The position numbers and the translations under genes were made by a program. A stretch of 64,000 nt of DNA from Bacteroidales bacterium (lineage in GTDB: Bacteria; Bacteroidota; Bacteroidia; Bacteroidales; WCHB1-69). The stretch is taken from positions 74,733 to 138,732 of the forward strand of contig JAFYNM010000008.1 of NCBI GenBank assembly GCA_017549765.1, written 5' to 3'. Under the pieces are notes generated by a model. The model was given only the letters and a program-made list of their open reading frames with translations. It did not search any database and was not told the origin of the DNA. Shown here one piece after another: positions 17,531 to 26,668 of the stretch (the stretch's first letter is position 1; each line of letters begins with the position of its first letter).

Positions 17531-20500
17531 ATGTCTAAGCCCAAGTCCAATCATATCCTTGCCGCTATCCGCAGCCACAATATCATCTTTTTTATTGTGA
17601 GCTGTCTGGTGTTGTTCGGTATCTTCGGCTTGACGCAGATGAACAAGGATGAGTTCCCGCAGTTCACCATCCGGCAGGGGGTGGTGGCGGCCATATACCC
17701 TGGGGCCTCCGCGCTCGAGGTTGAGGAACAGGTGACCAAACCCTTGGAACGCTTTCTTTTCACCTATGAGGAGGTCAATAAAGAGCTGACCTACTCCACG
17801 ACCGAGAATGGAGCGGTGTATATCTATGTGGAACTGAACACCTCGGTTAAACACAAAGACGAGGTCTGGTCCAAGATCCGCCACGGCCTGCAGCTCTTCA
17901 AGAAGACCTCGTTACCTGCCGGTGTGCTGGAGGTGGTCGTGGTGGATGACTTCGGTAATACGGCCTCCATGTTGTTGGCGGTGGAGTCTCCCGACCGTAC
18001 CCCGCGCGAATTGGAGGAGTATGCCGGCCGTCTTTGCGACAACCTGCGCACGATACCCGAGATGGGCCGCATCAAGATCACAGGGCAACAAAACGAGGAG
18101 ATCGCTGTTTTGGTGGACCAAGACCGTCTGGCCTCCTATGGCATCAGCCAGCGCTCCCTGCTGGTGGAGCTTGCCACGCAGGGGTTGCGCACCGTCAGTG
18201 GCAGTGTGGATAACGAGGCGGGCGAAGCGCTGGTCTTCCTGGACATGCCCTACCAGTCGGAATATGAGTTGGGAGAGCAGATCGTCTATGCCGACCCTTC
18301 CGGCAGCGTGGTGCGCCTTCGCGACATCGCCACTATCCAGCGCCGCTATGCCGAGCCCAAGAGCTGTATCAAACATAATGGGGCACCTGCCGTGCTTATC
18401 TCCATGGAGATGAACCCCGGCAACAATATCGTCGCCTTCGGCAAGAAAGTCGAGAAGATCATCGAACAGACCCGCAAGGAGATCCCGCCCGATGTGGATA
18501 TGCTGAGGATTACCAACCAGCCTAAGGTGGTGGACAAGTCGGTGATGTCTTTCTTGCGCGACCTGCTCTTCTCCATCGTGGTGGTCATCGCGGTCATGTT
18601 GCTGCTCTTTCCGTTGCGCACGGCTCTGGTCTCCAGCTCCAGTGTGCCCGTATGCACGGCCATCACGATGGGCCTCATGTACATCTGCGGCATCGAAATG
18701 AACACGGTGACGCTGGCCGCCTTGATTGTCGTCCTCGGTATGATCGTGGACGACTCGGTGATCGTCATCGATGGCTATTCGGACATGATCCAGGGAGGCC
18801 ACTCCAACCTCTATGCGGCGGTGACGAGTACCAAGCAACTCTTTGTGCCGATGTCGCTGGCTACGCTGGCCATCTCGGGCATGTTCTTCCCGATGACGCG
18901 TATCATCACCGGGCCGTTGGGCGATTTTGTGCAGTTGTTTCCCTTTACGGTGGCCTTTGCGCTGGTCTGCTCCATCTTCTACGCGGTCTGGATCATCCCG
19001 TATATCGCCACCCGATATATCCATCGCCGGCGACCGGGAATGCAACTCGGCCGTTTCGCTGCTGCGCAGAACCGCTTCTTCGAACGACTGCAGACAATCT
19101 ATGAGAAGGTGCTGTCCTGGTGCTTCCGGAATCCGGCCTTTGTCGTCTTGTTCGCCTTTTTTGCCATCGGTATGGGTGCCTTGATGTTCTCTCGTCTGCA
19201 TATCCAGATGTTGCCGAAAGCCGACCGAGAGTGCTTTGCTGTGGAGATCCATCTCTCCCAAGGCAGCTCTTTGTCCCAGACCATGGCCGTTGCCGATAGC
19301 ATGGAGCATATCTTGCGGGATGACCCAAGGGTTGTCTCGGTGACCTCTTTCATCGGATGTTCCTCGCCGCGTTTTCATGCCACCTATGCGCCGCAGATGG
19401 CCCACAAGAACTATGCCCAGTTTATCGTCAACACCAAGTCAGAACGAGATACCCGTCATGTGTTAAAGGATTATTCGGAAAAATATGCCCATCATTTCCC
19501 CAATGCCTATGTGCGTTTCAAACAGATCGACTATCAGGCGGTGAAGAATCCCGTGGAGGTACGGCTGACAGGAGATGATCTTGAGACGCTGAAGCAGCTC
19601 TCGGATTCGTTGAAGAGCTTTATGAATACCCAACCATCGATGGCATGGGTGCACTCCGACATGGATGAGACCTCCCAAAACATCAGTGTGCGGCTGAAGG
19701 GCGACGAGGCTACCCGGCTGGGCGTCACCCAGAGCATGCTGTCGATATACCTCTCCTCGGCATTGGACGGGCAGGCGCTGACCTCGGTGTGGGAGCATGA
19801 CTACAAGGTGCCCGTCATGCTCTATACCGCCAGTGGTGGCAAAGATATGAGCTATCAAGATATGGAGGACTTCCTCATCCCCACCTCCATCCCTTCAGTG
19901 TGGGTGCCCCTGCGACAGGTGGCGGATGTGCAGCCCGCCTGGAGCGAGGCGGTCATCGGCCATCGCAACGGAATGCGCACCGTCACGGTGGGCGCCGACC
20001 TGCGCGACGGCTATAGCCAACCCGAGGTTATGAAGGTGATAGACCGATATGTGGATAATGATCTTTCCAAACATATTCCCCAGGATGTGACCCTCTCCTA
20101 TGGCGGCCTTACCAGCGTCAACGGTCAGGTGATTCCGCAGATAGCGCTGAGCTTTGTCGCTGCTGTCCTGGTTCTTTTCGTTTTTCTGCTGTATCATTTT
20201 GCTAAAATAGATGTGGTTATGCTGACCCTCTCCGCCAGCCTCATCTGTATTTTCGGTGCCTCGTTGGGCCTCTTCATCTTCCGGCTCGACTTCAGCATCA
20301 CCGCTGTGTTGGGAGTGGTGAGTCTCATAGGCATCATCGTCCGTAATGCCATCATCATGTTTGAATATGCGGAGGTGCTGCGGACAGAGCAACACAAGTC
20401 GGCCAAAGAGGCGGGCTTCGAGGCGGGACGGCGCCGTATGCGCCCCATATTCTTGACATCCGCCACCACGGCACTGGGCGTGATGCCCATGATCGTGGCC

Positions 20501-20626
20501 CACACCGCCCTCTGGATGCCCATGGGCGTGGTCATCTGCTTCGGCACTATCTTTTCACTACCGCTGGTCGTCACGGTGCTGCCCGTGGCCTACTGGCAGA
20601 TTTTTAAAAAGGAGGATAAAAAATGA
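17531..20626 (+). CDS. RND efflux permease (AcrB/D/F family)
   Basis: YPGASALEVEEQVT, GMIVDDS, RRMRPIFLTS, about 1030 aa. Confidence 0.95.
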   Translation: MSKPKSNHILAAIRSHNIIFFIVSCLVLFGIFGLTQMNKDEFPQFTIRQGVVAAIYPGASALEVEEQVTKPLERFLFTYEEVNKELTYSTTENGAVYIYVELNTSVKHKDEVWSKIRHGLQLFKKTSLPAGVLEVVVVDDFGNTASMLLAVESPDRTPRELEEYAGRLCDNLRTIPEMGRIKITGQQNEEIAVLVDQDRLASYGISQRSLLVELATQGLRTVSGSVDNEAGEALVFLDMPYQSEYELGEQIVYADPSGSVVRLRDIATIQRRYAEPKSCIKHNGAPAVLISMEMNPGNNIVAFGKKVEKIIEQTRKEIPPDVDMLRITNQPKVVDKSVMSFLRDLLFSIVVVIAVMLLLFPLRTALVSSSSVPVCTAITMGLMYICGIEMNTVTLAALIVVLGMIVDDSVIVIDGYSDMIQGGHSNLYAAVTSTKQLFVPMSLATLAISGMFFPMTRIITGPLGDFVQLFPFTVAFALVCSIFYAVWIIPYIATRYIHRRRPGMQLGRFAAAQNRFFERLQTIYEKVLSWCFRNPAFVVLFAFFAIGMGALMFSRLHIQMLPKADRECFAVEIHLSQGSSLSQTMAVADSMEHILRDDPRVVSVTSFIGCSSPRFHATYAPQMAHKNYAQFIVNTKSERDTRHVLKDYSEKYAHHFPNAYVRFKQIDYQAVKNPVEVRLTGDDLETLKQLSDSLKSFMNTQPSMAWVHSDMDETSQNISVRLKGDEATRLGVTQSMLSIYLSSALDGQALTSVWEHDYKVPVMLYTASGGKDMSYQDMEDFLIPTSIPSVWVPLRQVADVQPAWSEAVIGHRNGMRTVTVGADLRDGYSQPEVMKVIDRYVDNDLSKHIPQDVTLSYGGLTSVNGQVIPQIALSFVAAVLVLFVFLLYHFAKIDVVMLTLSASLICIFGASLGLFIFRLDFSITAVLGVVSLIGIIVRNAIIMFEYAEVLRTEQHKSAKEAGFEAGRRRMRPIFLTSATTALGVMPMIVAHTALWMPMGVVICFGTIFSLPLVVTVLPVAYWQIFKKEDKK

Positions 20627-21975
20627 AGACATGGAGAAATTATGGGCTGCTTGTCATGCTCTGCATGCTCCTCTGCGGTGGACTCTGCGGACAGTCGCTC
20701 TCGTTGGACACCTGCCTGACTCTGGCCCTGCAACACGATGCCACTGTCTGTAATGCCCAGCTGAATGTCGAGACCGCCCGTTTGGTCAAAAAGCAGGCCT
20801 TCACCAAATACTTCCCCAATGTGAGCGGCGTGGCCCTCGGCTATTATGCTCTGCACCCATTGGTGGAGTATGGCATCGATGATATCGACAATGCGACGGC
20901 CCGGCAGTGGTTGCACAACTTCTATATGCAATATGGTCACGCCTTGGGAATACCGGAGTCGCTCTCTTTTGCTGAAAAAGGACTCTCCGTAGGAGCCACT
21001 CTCGTGCAGCCCCTCTTTATGGGCGGTCAGATTGCCAACGGCAACCAGCTTGCCAGGGTAGGGGTGGAGGCTGCCGAACTGCAATATGGCCTCCGTCAGC
21101 AGGAAGCCCTTCTGAAGACGGAACAAAGCTATTGGCTGGTGGTCTCCCTGAAGGCCAAACAACGGACCGTTCTGAGCGCATTGGACTTTCTGGATACCCT
21201 CTATCGGGATGCCCAGACGGCTCAGACAGCAGGACTGATAACGCGTAACGAGGTGCTCAAGGTTTCCCTGAAACGCACGGAGATGCAGTCCAATCTGCTG
21301 ACCATACAGAATGGTATCCTCTTGGCGCAAAGAGCCTTGTGCCAGATGATCGGAGTTCCATATTCGGATGAGATAGAACTTACCGACACACTCCCGGCTG
21401 TCGTGAACGACCCCAAGAACCTCTATGCGGATCCCGACGCAGCCGTCTCCCACAGGATGGAGAGCCGACTGCTGAACCTGCAGGTGGAAGCGGCCCGGTT
21501 GCAACGGCGGATGACCCTCGGCGAAGCCTTGCCGCATCTGATGGTAGGGGCAGGCTTTGCATACGGCAACCTCGTCTTTGACGACTACGCCGCCAATGGA
21601 CTCGTCTTCGCCTCTTTGCAGGTGCCCTTGACAGGCTGGTGGGAGAATGCCTATAAGCAGAAGGAGGCCACCCTCAAGATGCAGGCTGCCCAACGCGACT
21701 ATGTTGACCTGACAGAAAAGATGACCCTGGAGACCCGACAGGCTTGGAATAGTTTGGAGGAACGCTTTGCCCAGTTGGACCTCATGGAGAAGATGGTCGA
21801 GGAGGCTTACGCGAACCTGCAGACTACCCGGCAAAACTACGAGGCAGGTCTGGTGCCGCTCTCCGATCTTCTGGAGGCCCAGACCCTCTATTGCAACGCC
21901 TTGGACCAACAGGTGGATCGGCAGATAGACTTCAAGATGGCCGAAGCCCGCTATCTCCAGCTGACCCGTTTCTGA
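20623..21975 (+). CDS. TolC-family outer-membrane efflux protein
   Basis: Signal peptide, QPLFMGG, YEAGL...DLLEAQ. Follows the RND permease. Confidence 0.92.
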   Translation: MKTWRNYGLLVMLCMLLCGGLCGQSLSLDTCLTLALQHDATVCNAQLNVETARLVKKQAFTKYFPNVSGVALGYYALHPLVEYGIDDIDNATARQWLHNFYMQYGHALGIPESLSFAEKGLSVGATLVQPLFMGGQIANGNQLARVGVEAAELQYGLRQQEALLKTEQSYWLVVSLKAKQRTVLSALDFLDTLYRDAQTAQTAGLITRNEVLKVSLKRTEMQSNLLTIQNGILLAQRALCQMIGVPYSDEIELTDTLPAVVNDPKNLYADPDAAVSHRMESRLLNLQVEAARLQRRMTLGEALPHLMVGAGFAYGNLVFDDYAANGLVFASLQVPLTGWWENAYKQKEATLKMQAAQRDYVDLTEKMTLETRQAWNSLEERFAQLDLMEKMVEEAYANLQTTRQNYEAGLVPLSDLLEAQTLYCNALDQQVDRQIDFKMAEARYLQLTRF

Positions 21976-22092
21976 CCCGCTGTTTTAGGTGGGATTATTT
22001 TACATGGTGATGAACAAAAATTATGTATATTTGCCCTCCCTCGCAAAAAGGGGAAATATTATCTTAATCACCTGTAAATTAGAAGTTTACTT

Positions 22093-24156
22093 ATGAAAAA
22101 GTTTGGAGCTCTAACACTGCTTTGCGCAGTTTGTTTTTTTGTTTTTTCCAGTTCTGCACCTATGATGACGAAAGTGAAACCCAAAAAGAACAAATCAGGC
22201 GTTACTTTGTCGAATCTTGACAAATCTGTGAAACCGTCTGAGGATTTTTATCAATATGCTTGTGGCGGTTGGATGCAGCTCAACCCGCTGAAAGATGAAT
22301 ATGCCCGTTACGGCAGTTTCGACGTCTTGGCTGAAAACAACCAGAAACAACTGAAAGAATTGGTCGAGAATCTGGCCAAGAAGACGTATGCCAACGGCAC
22401 TGTTGAGCAGAAGGTCGGTGACCTCTACAAGATAGGTATGAACACCGACAAGATAGAAGCGCAAGGTGCCGAGCCTATCCAGCAGGACCTGCGGAAGATT
22501 GCTGCCATCCAGCGTTCTGGCCTGACGGCTGCGTTGGCTGATATGGCCCTGAACGGAGGGTTCCCCTTCTTCGGGCTCTTCGGCTCTTCCGATCCCGACA
22601 ACAGCGCCATGACGATGGCCTATTTCTGGCAGACGGGTCTGGGCATTGGCGACCGTGATTACTATCTGGATGCTGACCAGCAGAATATCCGTGATGAGTA
22701 TGTGAAACTGCTGACCAAGATGTTCAACATCTCCGGTTACAGCGAGATGGCTGGATTCAAAGGAAGCGAGCAGGTGATGGCCAAGAAGGTGCTCGCCTTG
22801 GAGACTGCCATGGCCAACTTCTTCGTGGACAAGACCGTCTTGCGCGACCCCTATCAGACTATTCACAAGATGACACCGGCGGATTTCCAGAAGATGCTGC
22901 CCGCCGTGAATATCAACGAATATCTCCAAAAGCTGAATCTGAAACTGGATACCGTGAATGTGGGTCAGCCTTCCTACTTCCAAGGCTTGAACAGCCTGCT
23001 CACGATTGCCGATATGGATATCATCCGTGCCTACCTGGCCTGGAATGTCATCCGCAGTGCCGCTCCCTTCCTCAGTTCCGAGTTTGTGGATGCCAACTTC
23101 AACTTCTATGGCAAGACGCTCTCCGGCAAGGTGGAGAACAGCCAGCGCTGGAAACGCGTCATCAACACCATTGATGGAACGCTGGGCGAGGCCCTGGGCC
23201 AGATGTATGTGAAGGCCTACTTCCCGGCAGAGGCCAAGGTCCGGATGGAACAGCTGGTCAAGAACCTGCAGTGGGCCCTTGGCGAGCGCATCAAGAACTC
23301 CACTTGGATGACGGAGGCTACCAAGAAGAACGCCCTGGACAAACTGGCTGCCTTCCGCGTGAAGATCGGCTACCCGGATGAGTGGCGCGACTACAGCGCA
23401 TTGGAGATCAAGGACGACAGCTATTATGCCAACATCCAGCGTGCCTCCCGCTTCGAGATGGCTTATAATCTCTCCAAGATCGGCAAACCCGTGGATCCGA
23501 CCGAGTGGCAGATGACCCCGCAGACGGTGAATGCTTACTATGAGCCGAACACCAACGAGATCTGCTTCCCTGCCGGCATCCTGCAACCGCCCTTCTTTGA
23601 TATGAATGCCGACGATGCCGCCAACTACGGTGCCATCGGCGTGGTGATCGGCCATGAGATGACGCACGGCTTCGACGATCAGGGCCGTAACTATGACCTC
23701 AAAGGAAACCTCACCGACTGGTGGACTCCCGAAGATGCCAAGGCCTTCACCGACCGCGCCCAACTGATCGTGGATCACTTCAACTCCATCGAGGTGGCTC
23801 CCGGCGTATTTGCCAACGGTGCCTTTACCTTGGGAGAGAATATCGCCGACAATGGTGGTCTCAATGTCTCCTTCACCGCTATGAAGAAGGCCATGAAAGA
23901 CGATCCCAAAGCCATCAAGCCGTTGATGGACGAGTTCACCCCTGAGCAACGCTTCTTCCTGGCCTACGCCGCCGTCTGGGCTGCCAACATCCGCCACGAG
24001 GAGATCCTGCGCCGCACTAAGACCGACCCGCACGCGTTGGGCCGCTGGCGCGTGAACGCCACACTCCGCCACATCGACGCTTTCTATGACGCCTTTAATA
24101 TCAAACCTACCGATCCCATGTGGATGGCTCCTGAAAAACGCGCCCGCATCTGGTAG
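22093..24156 (+). CDS. pepO: M13 (neprilysin/PepO-type) metalloendopeptidase, exported
   Basis: DFYQYACGGW, VNAYY, GHEMTHGFDD, GENIADNGG. Confidence 0.93.
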   Translation: MKKFGALTLLCAVCFFVFSSSAPMMTKVKPKKNKSGVTLSNLDKSVKPSEDFYQYACGGWMQLNPLKDEYARYGSFDVLAENNQKQLKELVENLAKKTYANGTVEQKVGDLYKIGMNTDKIEAQGAEPIQQDLRKIAAIQRSGLTAALADMALNGGFPFFGLFGSSDPDNSAMTMAYFWQTGLGIGDRDYYLDADQQNIRDEYVKLLTKMFNISGYSEMAGFKGSEQVMAKKVLALETAMANFFVDKTVLRDPYQTIHKMTPADFQKMLPAVNINEYLQKLNLKLDTVNVGQPSYFQGLNSLLTIADMDIIRAYLAWNVIRSAAPFLSSEFVDANFNFYGKTLSGKVENSQRWKRVINTIDGTLGEALGQMYVKAYFPAEAKVRMEQLVKNLQWALGERIKNSTWMTEATKKNALDKLAAFRVKIGYPDEWRDYSALEIKDDSYYANIQRASRFEMAYNLSKIGKPVDPTEWQMTPQTVNAYYEPNTNEICFPAGILQPPFFDMNADDAANYGAIGVVIGHEMTHGFDDQGRNYDLKGNLTDWWTPEDAKAFTDRAQLIVDHFNSIEVAPGVFANGAFTLGENIADNGGLNVSFTAMKKAMKDDPKAIKPLMDEFTPEQRFFLAYAAVWAANIRHEEILRRTKTDPHALGRWRVNATLRHIDAFYDAFNIKPTDPMWMAPEKRARIW

Positions 24157-24186
24157 GTCTTTTGTGAATCTAGAATATTTATTTGT

Positions 24187-25131
24187 ATGACAGAAAAGAA
24201 ACTCGCAGTGATTGCCTTCGGAGGCAATGCACTCTTGAAAAGCAAACAAAGAGGAACCTATAAAGAACAACTGGACAATGTGACAGAAACCTGCCGCTCC
24301 CTGATCCCGATGATCAAGGCAGGCTATAATATCGTTATCGGTCATGGCAACGGTCCCCAGGTGGGCAACGTGATGCTGCAACACAAGGCGGGCAAGGCCA
24401 CCTATGACGTGGAAGACATGCCCCTCAACTTCTGTGTGGCCGAGACGCAAGGATCTATCGGTGCCTTGATTGAAGACGGTCTTCGTCATATCTTTGCAGA
24501 AGAGGGCTGGGACAAAGACACCGTGACCCTGCTGACCCATGTGGAGGTGGATGCCAACGATCCCCACTTCTGGAACCCCACCAAACCCGTGGGTCCCTAT
24601 TGCTCCGCCGAAGAGGCTCAGGAGTACCATGAGGCTACCGGCGATGTCTATCATGAGGATCCCAAGGGCAACGGATGGCGCAAGGTGGTGGCTTCACCCA
24701 AACCTATCCGTATCCAGAATATCAAACTGATCCGTCAACTGGCCGACCAGGGCATCATCGTCATCACCGTGGGTGGCGGCGGCATCCCCGTGGCCATGAA
24801 AGACGGCTATCTGCAAGGCGTGGAGGCTGTCATCGACAAGGACCTCGCCTCTGCCCTGACCGCCACCCAGATCCAGGCCGACGAGTTCTATATCCTGACG
24901 GATGTGCCCAAGGTCTATATCAACTTCCGCAAGCCGAACGAGAAAGCGTTGGATGAGATCACCGTCAAGGAGGCCAAGAAGTATCTGCAGCAAGGTCAGT
25001 TCACAGAAGGCTCTATGGCTCCCAAAATCCGCGCTGCCATACTCTTCGTGGAGGCCACTGGCCATCCTTGTATCATCACAGAAGCCGGAAAACTGGGCGA
25101 CGAGTCCTGCGGTACCCGTATCGTGAAGTAA
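24187..25131 (+). CDS. arcC: Carbamate kinase
   Basis: AFGGNAL, HGNGPQVG, PTKPVG, VIDKD, GSMAPK. Confidence 0.96.
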   Translation: MTEKKLAVIAFGGNALLKSKQRGTYKEQLDNVTETCRSLIPMIKAGYNIVIGHGNGPQVGNVMLQHKAGKATYDVEDMPLNFCVAETQGSIGALIEDGLRHIFAEEGWDKDTVTLLTHVEVDANDPHFWNPTKPVGPYCSAEEAQEYHEATGDVYHEDPKGNGWRKVVASPKPIRIQNIKLIRQLADQGIIVITVGGGGIPVAMKDGYLQGVEAVIDKDLASALTATQIQADEFYILTDVPKVYINFRKPNEKALDEITVKEAKKYLQQGQFTEGSMAPKIRAAILFVEATGHPCIITEAGKLGDESCGTRIVK

Positions 25132-25136
25132 TCGAC

Positions 25137-25184
25137 AATTAAACAATTAAACAAATACACAATTAAACAAATAAACAACTAAAC
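25137..25184 (+). repeat. Octamer tandem repeat (consensus AATTAAAC x6)
   Basis: aattaaac aattaaac aaatacac aattaaac aaataaac aactaaac. Confidence 0.85.
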
Positions 25185-25193
25185 ACCATCATT

Positions 25194-26195
25194 ATGGCAT
25201 TCAATTTAAGAAACAGAAGCTTTCTGAAACTGTTAGATTTCTCCCCGAGAGAGATCCAATTCTTCCTTGACCTGGCTCGCGACCTCAAACGCGCGAAATA
25301 TGCCGGTACCGAGCAACAACGTCTCAAAGGCAAGAACATCGCCTTGATTTTCGAGAAGACCTCTACCCGTACCCGTTGTGCCTTTGAAGTGGCCGCTTAC
25401 GACCAAGGTGCCCATGTGACCTATCTCGGACCTTCCGGTTCCCAGATCGGCATAAAGGAGTCTATGGCCGACACCGCCCGCGTGCTGGGTCCTATGTTCG
25501 ACGGTATTGAGTATCGTGGCTTCGCCCAGGCAACTGTGGAAGACCTCGCCAAGTTCGCCGGCGTGCCCGTATGGAACGGTCTTACCAATGAGTTTCACCC
25601 GACCCAGGTGCTTGCCGACTTCCTGACGATGAGCGAGCATGTGGACAAACCCCTCAACCAAGTGACCTACGCTTACCTCGGAGATGCCCGCTTCAACATG
25701 GGTAACTCTTTGATGGTCGGTGGCGCCAAGATGGGCATGGATGTCCGTATCGTGGCTCCCAAGGCTCTCCAGCCGAATCCTGAGCTCGTGAAGCAATGCA
25801 AGGCTATCGCCAAAGAGACCGGTGCCAAGGTGACTGTGACCGATGATGTCAAGAAAGGCGTCAAAGGCTGCGACTTCCTCTATACCGACGTGTGGGTGTC
25901 CATGGGCGAGCCCGCAGAAGTGTGGAAAGAGCGTATCAACCTGTTGAAACCTTACCAGGTGAACAAAGAGACCATGAAGCTTACCGGCAACCCGAAGTGC
26001 AAGTTCATGCACTGTCTGCCCGCTTACCATAACCTGGAGACCCAGGTGGGCCGCGATGTGCACAAACAATTCGGCTTGGACGGTATCGAGGTGACAGAGG
26101 ATGTTTTCGAATCTGAGAACTCTATCGTTTTCGATGAGGCTGAAAACCGTATGCACACCATCAAGGCTGTCATGGTGGCTACCCTCGGCGACTAG
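25194..26195 (+). CDS. argF: Ornithine carbamoyltransferase (probably catabolic, ArcB type)
   Basis: STRTR, HPTQ, DVWVSMG, HCLP. Adjacent to arcC. Confidence 0.95.
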   Translation: MAFNLRNRSFLKLLDFSPREIQFFLDLARDLKRAKYAGTEQQRLKGKNIALIFEKTSTRTRCAFEVAAYDQGAHVTYLGPSGSQIGIKESMADTARVLGPMFDGIEYRGFAQATVEDLAKFAGVPVWNGLTNEFHPTQVLADFLTMSEHVDKPLNQVTYAYLGDARFNMGNSLMVGGAKMGMDVRIVAPKALQPNPELVKQCKAIAKETGAKVTVTDDVKKGVKGCDFLYTDVWVSMGEPAEVWKERINLLKPYQVNKETMKLTGNPKCKFMHCLPAYHNLETQVGRDVHKQFGLDGIEVTEDVFESENSIVFDEAENRMHTIKAVMVATLGD

Positions 26196-26218
26196 TCATT
26201 CGCCAAGGCATACTTAAT

Positions 26219-26253
26219 AAGCGGGGTACTTGCAAAAAGTGCCCCGCTTTTTT
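26219..26253 (+). terminator. Rho-independent terminator
   Basis: AAGCGGGGTACTT / AAGTGCCCCGCTT stem with a T-run. Confidence 0.85.
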
Positions 26254-26275
26254 GTAAAATAATGAAGGGAAACGA

Positions 26276-26590
26276 CTATGCGACTGTGATGGCAGTGCCC
26301 GTGGCGATGACCATGAGCATGGAGTTTCCCACGACTTCAAAGTCTAAATCAATGCCGACAACAGCATTGGCACCTAACTTCTCTGCACGTGCCGTTAACT
26401 CTGCTAATGCATCTTCCTTGGCTGCGATAAGCTCCTTTTCGTAAGTCCGGGAACGTCCGCCAAAGAAATCACGTAATCCAGCAAAAGCATCTTTGACAAA
26501 GTTAATACCGGCAATGACCTCTCCTGTGACAATGCCATGGTATTGTGTGATCTGTTTTCCTTCAATTTGGGGTGTTGTGGATAAAATCAT
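26276..26590 (-). CDS. YbjQ/UPF0145-family protein
   Basis: [28 protein letters not shown]. Confidence 0.92.
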   Translation of the reverse strand: MILSTTPQIEGKQITQYHGIVTGEVIAGINFVKDAFAGLRDFFGGRSRTYEKELIAAKEDALAELTARAEKLGANAVVGIDLDFEVVGNSMLMVIATGTAITVA

Positions 26591-26668
26591 AGTAGTAAGA
26601 CTTAATGATATGATGATATGATGTGTTGTCGGATAAAGGCTTTTCAGGAAGCGATGATGCTCAACTTG

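Noticed and set aside
22195-24654. 819-aa antisense ORF, and similar long shadow ORFs over the RND genes, OTCase, rnr and fusA
   Set aside because: These mirror real genes with strong codon bias and have no recognisable motifs.
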